A DNA stretch of 63,271 bases, counting the filler, from Hyphochytrium catenoides (taxonomy: Eukaryota; Protista; Hyphochytriomycota): assembly GCA_900088475.1 (NCBI GenBank). It is 6 parts of 6 records of this genome, joined end to end, with 100 filler letters (N's around TTAATTAATTAA, not from the genome) between each part and the next. Parts side by side here need not be neighbours in the genome. Positions count along the whole stretch, not along the records: positions 1 to 28,015 come from FLMG01002487.1; 5 more parts are not named here. One strand, 5' to 3'. Both the position numbers and the translations under genes were made by a program. A model generated the notes under the pieces. That model ran no database searches. It saw only the letters and a list, made by a program, of their open reading frames with translations, and had not been told where the DNA came from. This document shows, in pieces, positions 14,201 to 25,810 of the stretch; position 1 is the stretch's first letter; each line of letters begins with the position of its first letter.

Positions 14201-17200
14201 ATCCAGGATGTTGCCCGCCACCGAGGAAGTTGTGAGCTTTTGAATCAGAGTGAGAGGGACGCACCAGTCCGCTACATATAGAAAAGTAAGAGAGATCGCT
14301 TCCAGAGCAACTAAGCCTTCGAGCACTTACCTGTTTTCCTATCGTCGACGAAAATGAATCTGTAGTTACTTACGAAGATCATTCCGGACAAGCTTTCGTC
14401 ATAGACAAGCTGTCGCTGCAGGTCCAGGCGGGAGTCCTCCAGTACAGCAGGCAGAGTCGTGATGATGCTTTCTCCCCGCAACAGCTCTATCTGATGTTGG
14501 AGCTTATTGTTGGAAGGAGAGAGTTCGACGGTAGAAACGTCAGCTTGGCCGTAACCTAGTCGAGGGAACAGCACAGAGAAAGACACGTCACAGATGTGTA
14601 GCTCTTTCGGTGGCTCTTTTGGGCCGGCCCACTACTTCAGCATCTATTTCCCTTGTCATAGAGGTTGTCATGTTTGCCTTCAGTCTGATGCAAACGCATT
14701 TTTTCCGTGTTCTCTTTCATACCTGAACGGAATGCTATGTATATAGGTCGCGGAAGTCTTTGAATATGGCTCACGAAGTCCATAGTGCCCACATTGAGAA
14801 GAATGACTCCATTAACGGCATAGACGATATCACCCTTTCGAACCTAAGAACAAGCTCTGTCACTAGTATGTATCTTCCACCGTAAGCTGCGGCTTCTTTT
14901 GCTTTACCTGCCCACTGCTCTCAGCCTGACTGCCCTGCGTCAAGCCGCTCACATATAATCCGTGATCAGCGGAGCGATTCAGCACTAACCCCAGGGGCCC
15001 TGGACATAGCGATTAGCCTTGCTAAGCCATTAGAAGAGGGTACTTCACTCGGCGAATGTGCGCATCGATAAAATTGTAGGGGGTACCAGGGATGAACCTT
15101 TACCAATGGCCCGACAGAGAAATGTACCAGTAAAAACCGTACCATGAAAGAACTTGACGACATTGACTCCAGGTATAGAGGAGAGAAGGTATGGATCCTG
15201 TATGTAAAGTGCTTGCTTGATTATTCCGTCCACACCCATAAGCTCGCTACTGTTGATGTCATTCAGCAGATCAAGGCAGGCCTGAGCATTATCTATGGAC
15301 ATTCGAGGAGAAGTTAATGAGAATCGTGAGACACCGAGGAAAGCTTCACGCCTTGAGAGCCATGTGAGGTGAGCTCCATTTGCGTTTGAGCGGTGATATC
15401 GAAGCAATGCCTAACCTAAACTTACCTGCAGCTAAGACCTGATCACGCTTAGACAAGAGGTTGGAGACACATAGATAGGGAAGCAGCTCCGGTATGGAAC
15501 TGTTAGACTAGACGAACTCGGTCAGAAAGCTCAAGTAGCAGCGATTGTGCCCCGGCAAACCTTAGAAGCATTTAGTACCTGCGAGGGGAGCTGCCTGAGA
15601 AAGGCGTCCCACACCAGCAAGAGATCTTCTAGGCCGAACTGGGTGATGAATAGACCTCTCAGCCACGGTTTAAGGTAGACTTGTGCCTCCACTTTTAGCG
15701 CCTGAAGATGCTGATACATCAATGGGGCTACATCCGGGAGAAGGTTGTCATGGATGTGGTGACAGAGGTGTGGCAACACCGCTTGGTCATGGCCTAGGAG
15801 GTAGGTGTGAATGGTGGTTTCGCTTCCACCGCGGAATGCATACAGAGAGAGAGTGAATGGGAGAGCAAGGCTGTAGGATGAATTGTTGAATGAGCAGGTT
15901 GGCATACTAGAGACACCGTGAAGGTAAGACGAGCAAACGGCCGGGTTACCTTCTTCGAGATACAAAGGCTGAAGAGAAGTCATGAGAGAAGAGAATATTA
16001 GGAAAGAGTCAGGCTCCACGACGACAGACGGGCTCTCCATCTGGCCTAGCTTATTCTTATGCAGTAGAGGACTGCGTACACCGCTCAAAGGTGCGCTGAT
16101 GAGGCCCATAGACTGCCTCCGAACAATGTGCTGAGGGTCTTGCTCTAAAGTCTCCAAGCCTCGGCCTGTTTCCTCTATTTGAGCAAGCTCCGAAGCAAGC
16201 ACTCCATAGTCATTCTCCTGTGGGAGTAAAGGATTGATGTCAGCTTAACAAGTTTCTACCCTCACAAGGTTGGCTACGCACCAAAACCTTGATAATAACT
16301 GCCAGTATTTGACGCATCTCATCTTGAAATTTTAGCTCCTGGGTGATAGACAGCAGGAGGTTGGTTGCTGGGCAGCATGGATCAAAGAGGGTGGTTCAAA
16401 GAGAGTAGGAGAAAGAAGCAAGCAACAGTAAAGGCCTGAAAACATTCGCAAGCAGCAAGGTCAAGGTCATATCCAGCGAGGCGAGACTAACCTTGTTTTC
16501 CGAAAGCCATGCCAACAGCACACGCTTCAACACTTCAGCCTTGGCTTCTAGCACTACAAACTCATAAGCCTCGTCTTCCTCAAGCTGCAGGGACTTCTCT
16601 ATCTCGGCTATTATCTCTTCAGAGTCCTAGACCGAAGGAGCTAGCGTCAATGGTGGAACACTAGGACCGAGGCCAAGCTCCCCTGGTTTAGTATGAAAAG
16701 GCGGACGAAAGCTATTTACTCTTTGAGGCTTGAAGTGGTCCTCGGTTATGATTAAGGGAGACAGGCCCGATGGCGCGGAGCGCACACAGCCTTCTGCTTC
16801 CGCTGTTGCACTCTGGACGTCGGTCTTCTCGTCGTGCAGGGTATCGGGGTCCGAGGGAGGTATTATTCTTGCTGGTTCTGAGCGTCTCCGGCTTTGTTTG
16901 CTACCTGCAGAAAGATGCAAGATGGGAAGCAATTTTCTCCTATCCCGTGACACGGAATCTTCCTCTAACCTCCGACGCCTCCTTGGTTGTGCGGGTGGCC
17001 ACTGAAGTATTCCTTTCGCATATCGTCCAGCTGGTCCGCCCATCGATCGACATGCTGGCTGTCGCCGAGTATGCCTAAGTGATGCATCCATTGTATTGAC
17101 CTGCGGGGTTCACTCATAAGCGTGTTTACGCAAATTATTGTTGTCCGTGAGTCGCACCTGTACTGTGACAGAACAGCATCAGCCAGCCGTTCCGACTCAA

Positions 17201-17246
17201 AGCTCTTTCGTATAGATCTCCTCCCTGGCTCTCGCAGTGGTTCCAT
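11227..17246 (-). CDS. TBC (Rab-GAP-like)-PDZ-PH/GRAM-myotubularin phosphatase fusion protein, spliced
   Basis: TBC: YLKPWLRGLFITQFGLEDLLLVWDAF...LPYLCVSNLLSKRDQVL. PDZ: FHGPLGLVL...GLYVSGLTQGSQAESSGQVRKGDIVYAVNG. GRAM: LLRGESII...GMIFVSNYRFIF. Myotubularin: YSVCKSYPAFVVIP, FRSKSRIP, VHCSDGWDRT (12220-12249), SPVFPLWIDVVWQIMRQYPQMFEFNE, FGNFLFD. The junctions between domains splice in frame. Confidence 0.85.
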
Positions 17247-18083
17247 GGGGGCGCGAGCAGGATGGCCCTTATGGCATGAGCGTTATACCGTCCGCTACCT
17301 AGACACCCTACGGTATGATGGCGCTAGCGTAGTCTTTGATGCTAGACCACGACAGACCTCGTGACAGACCCGCATTCTTGAGTCTTCAGTGATGAGCTTA
17401 TCGGTTACTCGCTATTGCAGAAGGCCGTCGGGCAGGACAACCTTAGTCTTCCTCATCGCAGTGCCCATTCTTACGCAATGGTACAGCGGCAGAGCTCTGC
17501 AGATCTGCAGACAAGCGCTCTGATGCATTGTCATGGCTACGAGGCGGTGCCTGGACAAAGGATCAGAATAATCAAGGAAACTCCTCTCTCCCATGCCACT
17601 TTGCAACCCCAGTCACCAAGTGAATCGGGCTTTAAAGCTATCGGAGTTTGCTAGTCTGTCTTTATTATTGAGTCAGGTCCATAAGCCCGAGTCAGATTCG
17701 GGTTATCACCTCAAACAGTATTCCCAAGCGTCATAAAATGATGAAGATTTGGCCGCGTTGAGCCCATCATCAGACGGAAGCCTCTCAGTCTCGGCCCAGA
17801 GCCCTTGTCCAAGGTGCGGGTCTTTGCCTGCCTTGTGATGAGGAGCAGCCCTTGCTTGGCTGGTAGTGATAAGGCAAGATGCGCCGCAAAGGTGTCATTA
17901 AGTGAGCAGCACGTACGGGCATATACATCGCCCATCTCTGGCTTCTTGATCAGTGCTTAGCTTAGCTGTCTGTCTGGATTGAGCCATGGAGAGCGCTATT
18001 GTCAAGGGACTCACGAGCGGCGGATCCCGTGCGAGACACCATGATTAAGGCAGATAATTAAACACAGATGAATGGACCCTGCT

Positions 18084-20198
18084 CTAGCGAGAAAAGCTCT
18101 TCAGAAGTTCCATGACATTCGCTACTTGAGTTGCTACTCTTGATACATCTGCCTGCAGCACGTGAATGGAGTTGACGCACACCACCACAATCTCCTCGAC
18201 GCCATCCTAGGCGGCATAAGTATGAAGATCGTTAGGTAAGGGTCGCCGGGTGAAATTCAAGAAAGTTCCTAACCATATCTAGATCGAGACTGGCGATAGC
18301 GTAGACGGGGCTGGCAAACGTCCTGACTGACTGGAGGTTGAATTCTAGGGGAATGAAACGTGGATAACTTCTGTTGCTCCAAGGACAAAATGCAGGCGGG
18401 CGAATGCATACCTTGGCCTCCTCCTCCATCCCTCATCTGGAGCTGGTAGACTAGGACGCTGCCGTCATACGTCCCAAGCAGGACTTCCTCCTGGCCATCC
18501 TACATAGCAACTGGTGCTTCAGTTCGAACCCTGGGTAACTACGACCAGATCTCAACTTGGGACGGAAAACTGATCTGCCTCCACGACAGAGGTCAAGAAG
18601 GCGGGTCACAGCAAAAAGAAAGCAACAGATACAACTCGATGCAAGTCCGCCTCACATGATTGATATCCGCAAGATGAGCGCACAGGATGGCGTCGTGCTT
18701 ATCAGATTCGGGCAGGATCTGAGGCTTCCCCTGATCAAAGGACAGAGCATACCCTGCACCGCACGCCGCAATCAATGTTGTGCACAGCTGCTGTCTCTTT
18801 TTCTTCTCAATTGGCTCGGATGTCAAGTCGACGTTGCAGATTCCTGTTATGGGTCCGTCCAGGATGCGGCTCAACTGTATACTGACTTCTACTGACGTGT
18901 TGGGTGTCGCAGCAACTTGGGTTGACACAACCTTGAGAGCGCTAAGTGAAGGTCGTCAAGACTTCTCTCGGAGCCGCACTGGAACAAAAAGGATAACCTA
19001 CCCGTTTTGGCACCCAATCGTTGCAAGTCTTTGATCGAAAAAGTGCCTGTAGGACAGAGCAGATTGAGAGTTGCGAACTTCCCTTGTAAGCCCTTTCTCG
19101 TTGCTGAGTGCATGTACACAGTTCTCACACCTTATCGTTAGGTAGGAGATGGAGCTCAGATTCTTTATAGTCTGAAGTTCAGGAAGTGCTCCTGCCCCAA
19201 TATCCTGAAGCCTCAGCTCACCCTTATCTCGGAGGACAGAATATACGAGGATTTGCCGGTCCTTACAACTAACTATCAGAAGCTGGTATAGCAGTTGGAA
19301 GGAAGGCGAACTGGGTCAGCTCGGAGCACAGGTAGACGCATCCATACTGCATATATTGTTGCTTGCAGCTCATACCTCTACTTTCTGTCCTTGAAGAGAA
19401 GTTTGGCAGTTTGTGATATGCATCGGCGCCGCCAATAAACTAAAGTCCTGGAGAGCCGTAAGGTTTGAGCTGCCGGAATGTCCATGAGAAGAATTAATCT
19501 TCACCATTAATTACCTGTTGATCACTAACGACGTCCTGAAGCGACCTGGTCGGTGGAGTACGCAGTCCACAGATACGCAGCCGCCAGCATCTGTCGTTTG
19601 GCGCGTCTCTCTCGGTGTCTCCAGAACTATGTCCTCCCGCTAATTCCGTTCCACTCCGATCCTGGCTGACAGTGTAGCCTATCGCAAGAAGTAGTTCCGG
19701 TTGGCGCACGTCACTCGGTCCTATCTAGAGGAGTTAGAGTTAGGGTCTTACTTAATAAGCGATTGTGAATTGCGAAAGCTTGACCTTGCATGGCTGGAAA
19801 GCATGGAATGATATTATCTCTCCATCACCTTCTTCCTCGTCATTATTGAAGACTGCCAGAGGTTCACACCTATGTGCAACGATACATAAGAACAAGAGGG
19901 AGTCAGCATATAACCTATGGTAATGATGAGACAGCGTAGAGAGCCTTTCGCCTTCTGCGATGTAGGGTTGGAGAACCTGAAGGCCTCGTCTTCTTCGTCG
20001 TAGGTTAGATGATTCACTCCCTTTGTATGTGCAATCAAAGCCCTGCATAGGGAGTGGTAAGTATGAGGATGGGTCAGATGAGCCTTCCAGACTGCCTCAC
20101 CCTTTTTTGCCCGTTGAGGAAACGCAGCTTGAGAAGCAGTAGATATTGTGGCGGTGAGCCGTCTGGATATAGGAGATCTCTTGATAGTCTGCCAGCAT
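18084..20198 (-). CDS. KPTN: Kaptin-like protein (KICSTOR subunit), spliced
   Basis: N-terminus MLADYQEISYIQTAHRHNIYCFS; GEIISFHAF; ILPESDKHDAILCAHLADINH; DGQEEVLLGTYDG; C-terminus RTFASPVYAIASLDLDM|DGVEEIVVVCVNSIHVLQ...SFSR* matches my recollection of the kaptin motif order. An alternative in-frame ATG lies at 20225. Confidence 0.75.
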
Positions 20199-20835
20199 TG
20201 TCTCCGAAACCTCTCTCAGGAACATGGAAGAAAGCGGCTGTGCTCCGGCGCCGCTTGCAGTCAAAAGTTGCCTCAGCCACACACTCGCGCGTCGAAGGAG
20301 TGCTGTCCCTTGCTTAACTAGTCTAGGTCAGACGATCTCTTAGGTATCGTGCTGACACTGGTCAGCTCCGATCACCGTTGAACATCATGGGCAGCTCCCA
20401 TTGTTGTCTTCCTTCCCGGTTGGCTCGCGTCGTCATCGACCCGATATAGCAGGATGCAGGGGCTGCACCTCCTGTCTCTGAAGCAAGGAGAACAGTGGCA
20501 GTCCTCCAAACTCTTCACGTCCCGGTTGGCCTCCCAGCACAATCGCACCCTCTTCTGGACGGGACTGGAGGCGTCAGAAGTCAGAAACCATCAAAGATGT
20601 GGTCGAAGAAACCCAGTGCATCCAAGAGGCGCTAACCGTTAGTAGAAGGAGCAGATCTTCGCGTTGCACTGAGAGTCAGAATCTCTTGTCTCATCAGGCT
20701 CTGGATACTTCTATTGGATTCATAAGGATCATGCTGCTGCTTCTCTGCTGGACCAGAAGTACCTTGTAACCTATCGTGTAGCACCTCGGAGCGTCATAGA
20801 GAGCTGCAGGAAGCAGCTCACAGTCAAGGCACCTT

Positions 20836-22514
20836 ATGGAAAGTGGCATTGCTGCAGCGGCTGAAGTAGACGTCCACGCTTCAAGGAGTGGCGCAGGAAG
20901 TAAAGATGACTTGAGGTCCAGTCCTCCATCGACATCAGTATCGCGGATATCTAGAAGAGCTGCTAGGGGTCTGCAGGGTTCCGGCTTTGCTTCATACTTC
21001 AAATACATTTCCCTTGCTCTTGCAGATCCTTGGACGCCAAAGAATCAGGATGGGTAAGACTACTCGCCAGGACACGGGTACTAAGACTAACGCCGGCATG
21101 GGAAGTTCTAACGGCATTGACTACGTAGATATGTAAACCTTTCCGTGGCTGCGAATGTGCTATTAGCACAAGAAGTCCGTGACAAGCTAAGCCAGGGCTT
21201 GGCAGATGTGCCTGCCTCCGCGTCCTCGTATGGCCCTTTGCAGGGGCTTCAGAGCTTGCGTGAACAGGCGAGCTTGTTCATGAACAGCACATTCATGGCT
21301 GGTGTGGATGTACGTCCAGAAGAGCTGCTTATCTCATGCGGCACCACTGCTACCCTAGACCTGCTCTATTTCAGTATCTGTGAGGAGGTAGGCCATGGTT
21401 TATATTCAGTCAGCTGGCCTTACCTCTGAGTCGTTTGGTCCTTCCTGTCTCAGGGTGAGGCTGTGCTGATTCCAACACCATGTTATGTAGCCTTCGAGAG
21501 GGACCTCACGTTGAAAGCAACCTGCTCCTGCATCCATGTGCACCCATCGGGAGAGGTGATCACTTTAGAGGACATTGAGGTATCATTGTATGCTGGCTCT
21601 TTGTTTAACCTACACCACACCGAAGCTAAAGAGCCCTTCCTACCCTACGCCTAGACCGCCTATCAGTCAGCTCAAAAGACTGGCGCAGTGATCAAGAGTC
21701 TCCTGCTCACCAACCCTAATAATCCGAACGGAAGCATTCTGAAGCGCGAAGAGCTCAAGAAGTTGATCGTCTGGGCCCTGACACGTCGCATCCACGTGGT
21801 CTCGGACGAGATCTACGCGGCGTCCATATTTGATGAAAGATCTGATAACCTCTTCGTTAGTGCGGGGCAACTGGCAGTGGAGATAAAGAAGGAGAACATC
21901 ATTGAGTCAGCAGTGGTGGATAATTACCTGCATGTGATCTATGGCCTTAGCAAGGATTTCTGCATGAACGGCTATCGCATTGGAATACTTTGGACGAGGA
22001 ACAGTTTGCTGATGAACGTTCTGGCTGCAGTGAATGCCTCTGCCCTTGTTCCAAACAACATACAGCATGCTGCTGCAGGTTGGTGCATACGTAGCTTCCC
22101 AACCTCGTTACCATGTGCTCATTGTTCCGTATCTCTTCATTCGCAGCACTCCTCGGTGATCGCGAGTGGGTAACTGCGTATCTGCGGCGCAACTTGCAGG
22201 CATTACATTCAGCCTATACTTTGTTAGGAAACACTTTAAGGCAAAGTGGGATACCATTCCAAGATACAACTGCAGGAATGTTCCTATGGTTGGATCTAAG
22301 AAGCTTGATGAAGGAAGAATCCTTCCCAGAAGAACTTGCCCTTGCAGACTCCATTGTGAAAGAATGCAAAATAGTAATGGCACCGGGCCAGGACAGCAAG
22401 CATCACATTCCTGGCTTCTTCCGAGTCTGCTTTGCAGCAGCGACACCTCAGGAGTTACAGGTTGTTGGGGAGCGTCTGAGCAGATTTGTGGGAAGAAGAC
22501 GGCTGACAGTCTGA
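20836..22514 (+). CDS. 1-aminocyclopropane-1-carboxylate synthase-like PLP aminotransferase (class I/II), spliced
   Basis: YVNLSVAAN, VLIPTPCY, LLTNPNNPNG, HVVSDEIYAAS, YGLSKDFCMNGYRIG (PLP lysine), GMFLWLDLR, PGFFRVCFA. The start codon is tentative. Confidence 0.85.
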
Positions 22515-22655
22515 GAAACTACCAAGGGGATTCAGTGAAGTGAGGTGACAATATAAATAATTGGGTTACGAGTTGTAAATAAGATCTGCCGCTGAATAGT
22601 TTCGTTTGACGCCCCGCTCCGGAGAGCAACGCAGTGTAACACATGCTATTCGAAT

Positions 22656-24578
22656 CTAAAGATCTTGTCCGTGCTGTGCCATTCTTTCCAGCACACCATC
22701 TAAGTGCTCCTTGGTTACTCTCCATGGGCTCGCAAAGACAATGCGAAAGAAGTTTGGATACTGCTCTAACGGTTGAAAGCCTATCATGGCGTCACCCGCT
22801 CGCAGCATTCTTGCCTTTAGCACCGGGGCTACCTTACCCAAAGCAGCCCACTGGTCTGGAGTCGCTTTAGACCTGTCAAAGGGCCGCATAGAGGGCGGAA
22901 CGTACCAGAAGCACACGTTAATGGAGCTTCGGGGATATGCTAGAACGAAGGTTCCATCCTTCTCTTCCCATTGCTTGACTCGATCCTCGAAGTGCTTGGC
23001 TAACTCGAATGAGAGATCCACCTGCTTGCCAATATAGTTGTCTCCATATGCTTTCCACATGCACCAGAGCTTGAAGACATCAGGCCTGCGGCCACACTGG
23101 ATGGTCTTATCTCCAATATCCCACTCTGCATAGCTCTTGTCTGGCTGGAATAAATAGCTTGCTCCAGACGCATTGCATGAGGCCAAAATGTTCAAATGGC
23201 GTGTGATAAATACACTACATTGCATGGGCGCACCCATCAACTGGTAAGGAAAGGAAAGAGCGATAACGTCAGCAATGACCCCAGAAGCGGAAACAAGAGG
23301 ATCAAGGCAGACGCTGAAGACTGACAAGACGATTGCACAAGTATGAATCAGATTGGGTTTGTCTATGCGGAACTCGAAAGAAGCACCTATACCCTTACCT
23401 TATGAGGATTCCAGGCAAAAGAATCAGCATTGTCGAGGCCTCTCACGAGGTGGCGGTGATTCGGAGAGTACAAGGAAGACCCTCCCCATGCCCCGTCCAC
23501 ATGGAACCAGAGCCCATGCTCCGCACACACTTCGCCTACAGCTTCCAGGTTGTCAAACGAGCCCAATACTGTTGTCCCAGCAGTAGCTCCCACAAAAAAA
23601 GGCCTTTTACCCTCGCGCTGCACCTGTACAAATATTTGTTAGTCACTCTTGGCTAATACACTTCATAAAAATACCACGGGAAGAGATACCTGCCCAATGA
23701 GACGCTGGAGCATCTCAACATCCATTTTGCCGTGTGCATCACTGGGAACCTTGATAAGGTTATCTGTACCTAGGCCAAGCACCATTGCCGCTTTATCGAA
23801 GGAATAATGCGCATGTTCCGATACAAAGGCCACTAGTGGAGGGCTGCCAAAAAGTCCGCGGGTACGTACTTCTGGATCAGCGCGGTAACGTGCTAGCTGC
23901 ATGCTGTACAGGTTCTGTAGGAAAACACGCGCTGCCGTTAGGGCTGCAGGGCGTCGAACGTACGTAAATAGGGCTAGAGCTCACCGATATGGAGCCACCA
24001 GGGACTAGAAGTCCGTCTGCTGCCTCGTCATAGCATCCACCTACGGTAGCTGCTACCTTGCGGATAATCTCCTTCTCCATCAAGGTAAATACTGGAGAGA
24101 CTTCGTAGGTGTGCACAGCAGTGTGTGCCGCGACAGTCAGCCACTCTGCGGCAATGCCCACTGTGTCTGCACGAGCATAAAGCTGGTTGAAGAAGAGGGG
24201 ATGTCCTGTGCGCACGGAGAGGTCAAGGGTACGCCCGCACGCCTCTAGAATACTCTCTAACTCTGCAGGGTGGTCGTTTTCAAGCAGGGATAACGACATC
24301 CCAGCCGTATCAAAAGCCTCATGTATCTGCCTCGGTGACATGAACTTTGTGACTGGCTGGGTAGCATCAGGGCTAGAGTTGACGTACTTGGCGAGCAGAT
24401 CAGAAACCCTGCGCAGAAATGTTTCCATGTGCTCTTCAGTAGGCCTGCTACAGGGTACCTGCCCATTGTGGCCATTTTGCATTCCGGTAGGGGCAGTTTG
24501 GCCATCCTTGTCAGGAGATGTTGGAGGCGAGACTACCGTCAGCCCTCGTAGGCTACCAGGGGCGATCGAAAGGTCCAT
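22656..24578 (-). CDS. Group II PLP acidic amino-acid decarboxylase (GADL1/CSAD/GAD family), spliced
   Basis: TGHPLFFNQLYA, HTYEVSPVF, PGGSIS, HYSFDKAA, ATAGTTVLGSFD, WFHVDGAWGG, DSFAWNPHK (PLP lysine), YLFQPDK, GDKTIQCGRRPDVFKLW, NFFRIV. Confidence 0.92.
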
Positions 24579-25457
24579 GACTCTCACTGATCAAAGAAGG
24601 TTGCCCGGCCTCGCTTCGAAAAACACCGTTTGCTGGTCCACGCCTGGCGAAAGATTTAATATTGAAGACGTGATCTCCTGACCCGTAGCTCAACAGCATC
24701 GACTCCTATGCAGTCCATTTGTGGCTGCACTTACTATCAGGAATGCACCTGTTCCTGTGAGAATGCTCATCGAGGCCAGACGCGAGAGGAAGAGACAAGG
24801 TGGGTAAGCAACAGTCTTCTGCTTAAGTCGAGGGTGAAGGCAGACAGGGCGATGAAGACGAGCAGACAACAAGAGGAGGCCGCAACACCTTGCCATCACA
24901 TCCCACATCGCCATACATTTGACTCCATACATTGTTCCAATCTGGGGCTCGTCAAAGCCTCTTCTCCGCCATAAATAACATTCTTCCGCGTCACCCTCCA
25001 GCACCACAGGGAAGAGGAGGAAGGGGAGCGGGCGGACATGTATGAAAAACACACAAACTGCGCTCCCAGGATATTCGCGCTCACATTCATTATAGAGATA
25101 TTTAGCAAACTCTCTTAATATGTATATGGGTCTAGGCATTATCCACCTTCTGCTCACACTAACTCTCCTAGGAATAGCGTATTATGGGGAGTAAGAAGAC
25201 TAACAAACACTCACAAGAGCAGAGTGGTGGCTTGCTCTGCTCTAGACGTACTTGTACTTGTACTTGGTGACCGACAGACAGACAAAAAGACGAGAAGGTC
25301 AATCACGGTTGAAATTTGTACTCGTAGTTCTACATCTTGTACCACAAGTCTAGAGTTCTTCTAAGGCCTTAGTTCTACATCAAATGAGAGAAAATGGGAA
25401 CATAATAACTGTGGTAACATCAAATGAGAAGGCCTCATTATATTATCTATAATCTAA

Positions 25458-25810
25458 GGAGAAGTAAAAGAAGAAGAAGAAGAAGAAGAAGAAGAAGAAG
25501 AGGGGGAAGGAGGAATAGAAGAAGGAGAAGAAGGAGGAGAAGACGAATTTTATCCAAGTAATCAAAAGAAGCTTGCTAAGCTTAGTCTCTCCGCTTTTAT
25601 AAACTTAGCGTTAGATTATGCAGCTCAAAGGCATTAGCTACTACAATAAAGTACTACTTTTGTTGACCACTTCTTCAAGTAGTACTACTCCGTAGGAGGA
25701 GGAGGAGAAAAAGAAGGAGGAGGAGAAAAAGGAGGAGTAAAAAGAAGAGGAGGAGGAAGAAGAAAGAACAGCAGCAGCAGAAGAAGAGAAGGAAGAAGAG
25801 ACAACAACAA
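25458..25810 (+). pseudogene. Degenerate Glu-rich reading frame with (GAA)n tract
   Basis: GEVKEEEEEEEEEEEGEGGIEEGEEGGEDEFYPSNQKKLAKLSLSAFINLALDYAAQRH*LLQ*STTFVDHFFK*: protein-like text interrupted by stops, followed by a frame change. Confidence 0.3.

Noticed and set aside
15410-15580. Apparent 15-18 nt micro-introns in the TBC region
   Set aside because: Longer canonical introns give a better TBC-like sequence (SNSSIPELLPYLCVSNLLSKRDQVLAADNAQ).
16627-16629. In-frame TAG just before DSEEIIAEIEK suggesting readthrough or a reassigned code
   Set aside because: It is explained as the AG acceptor of an intron starting at GTAAAT after ...HFKPQR. Conserved genes here end in ordinary TAA/TAG/TGA.
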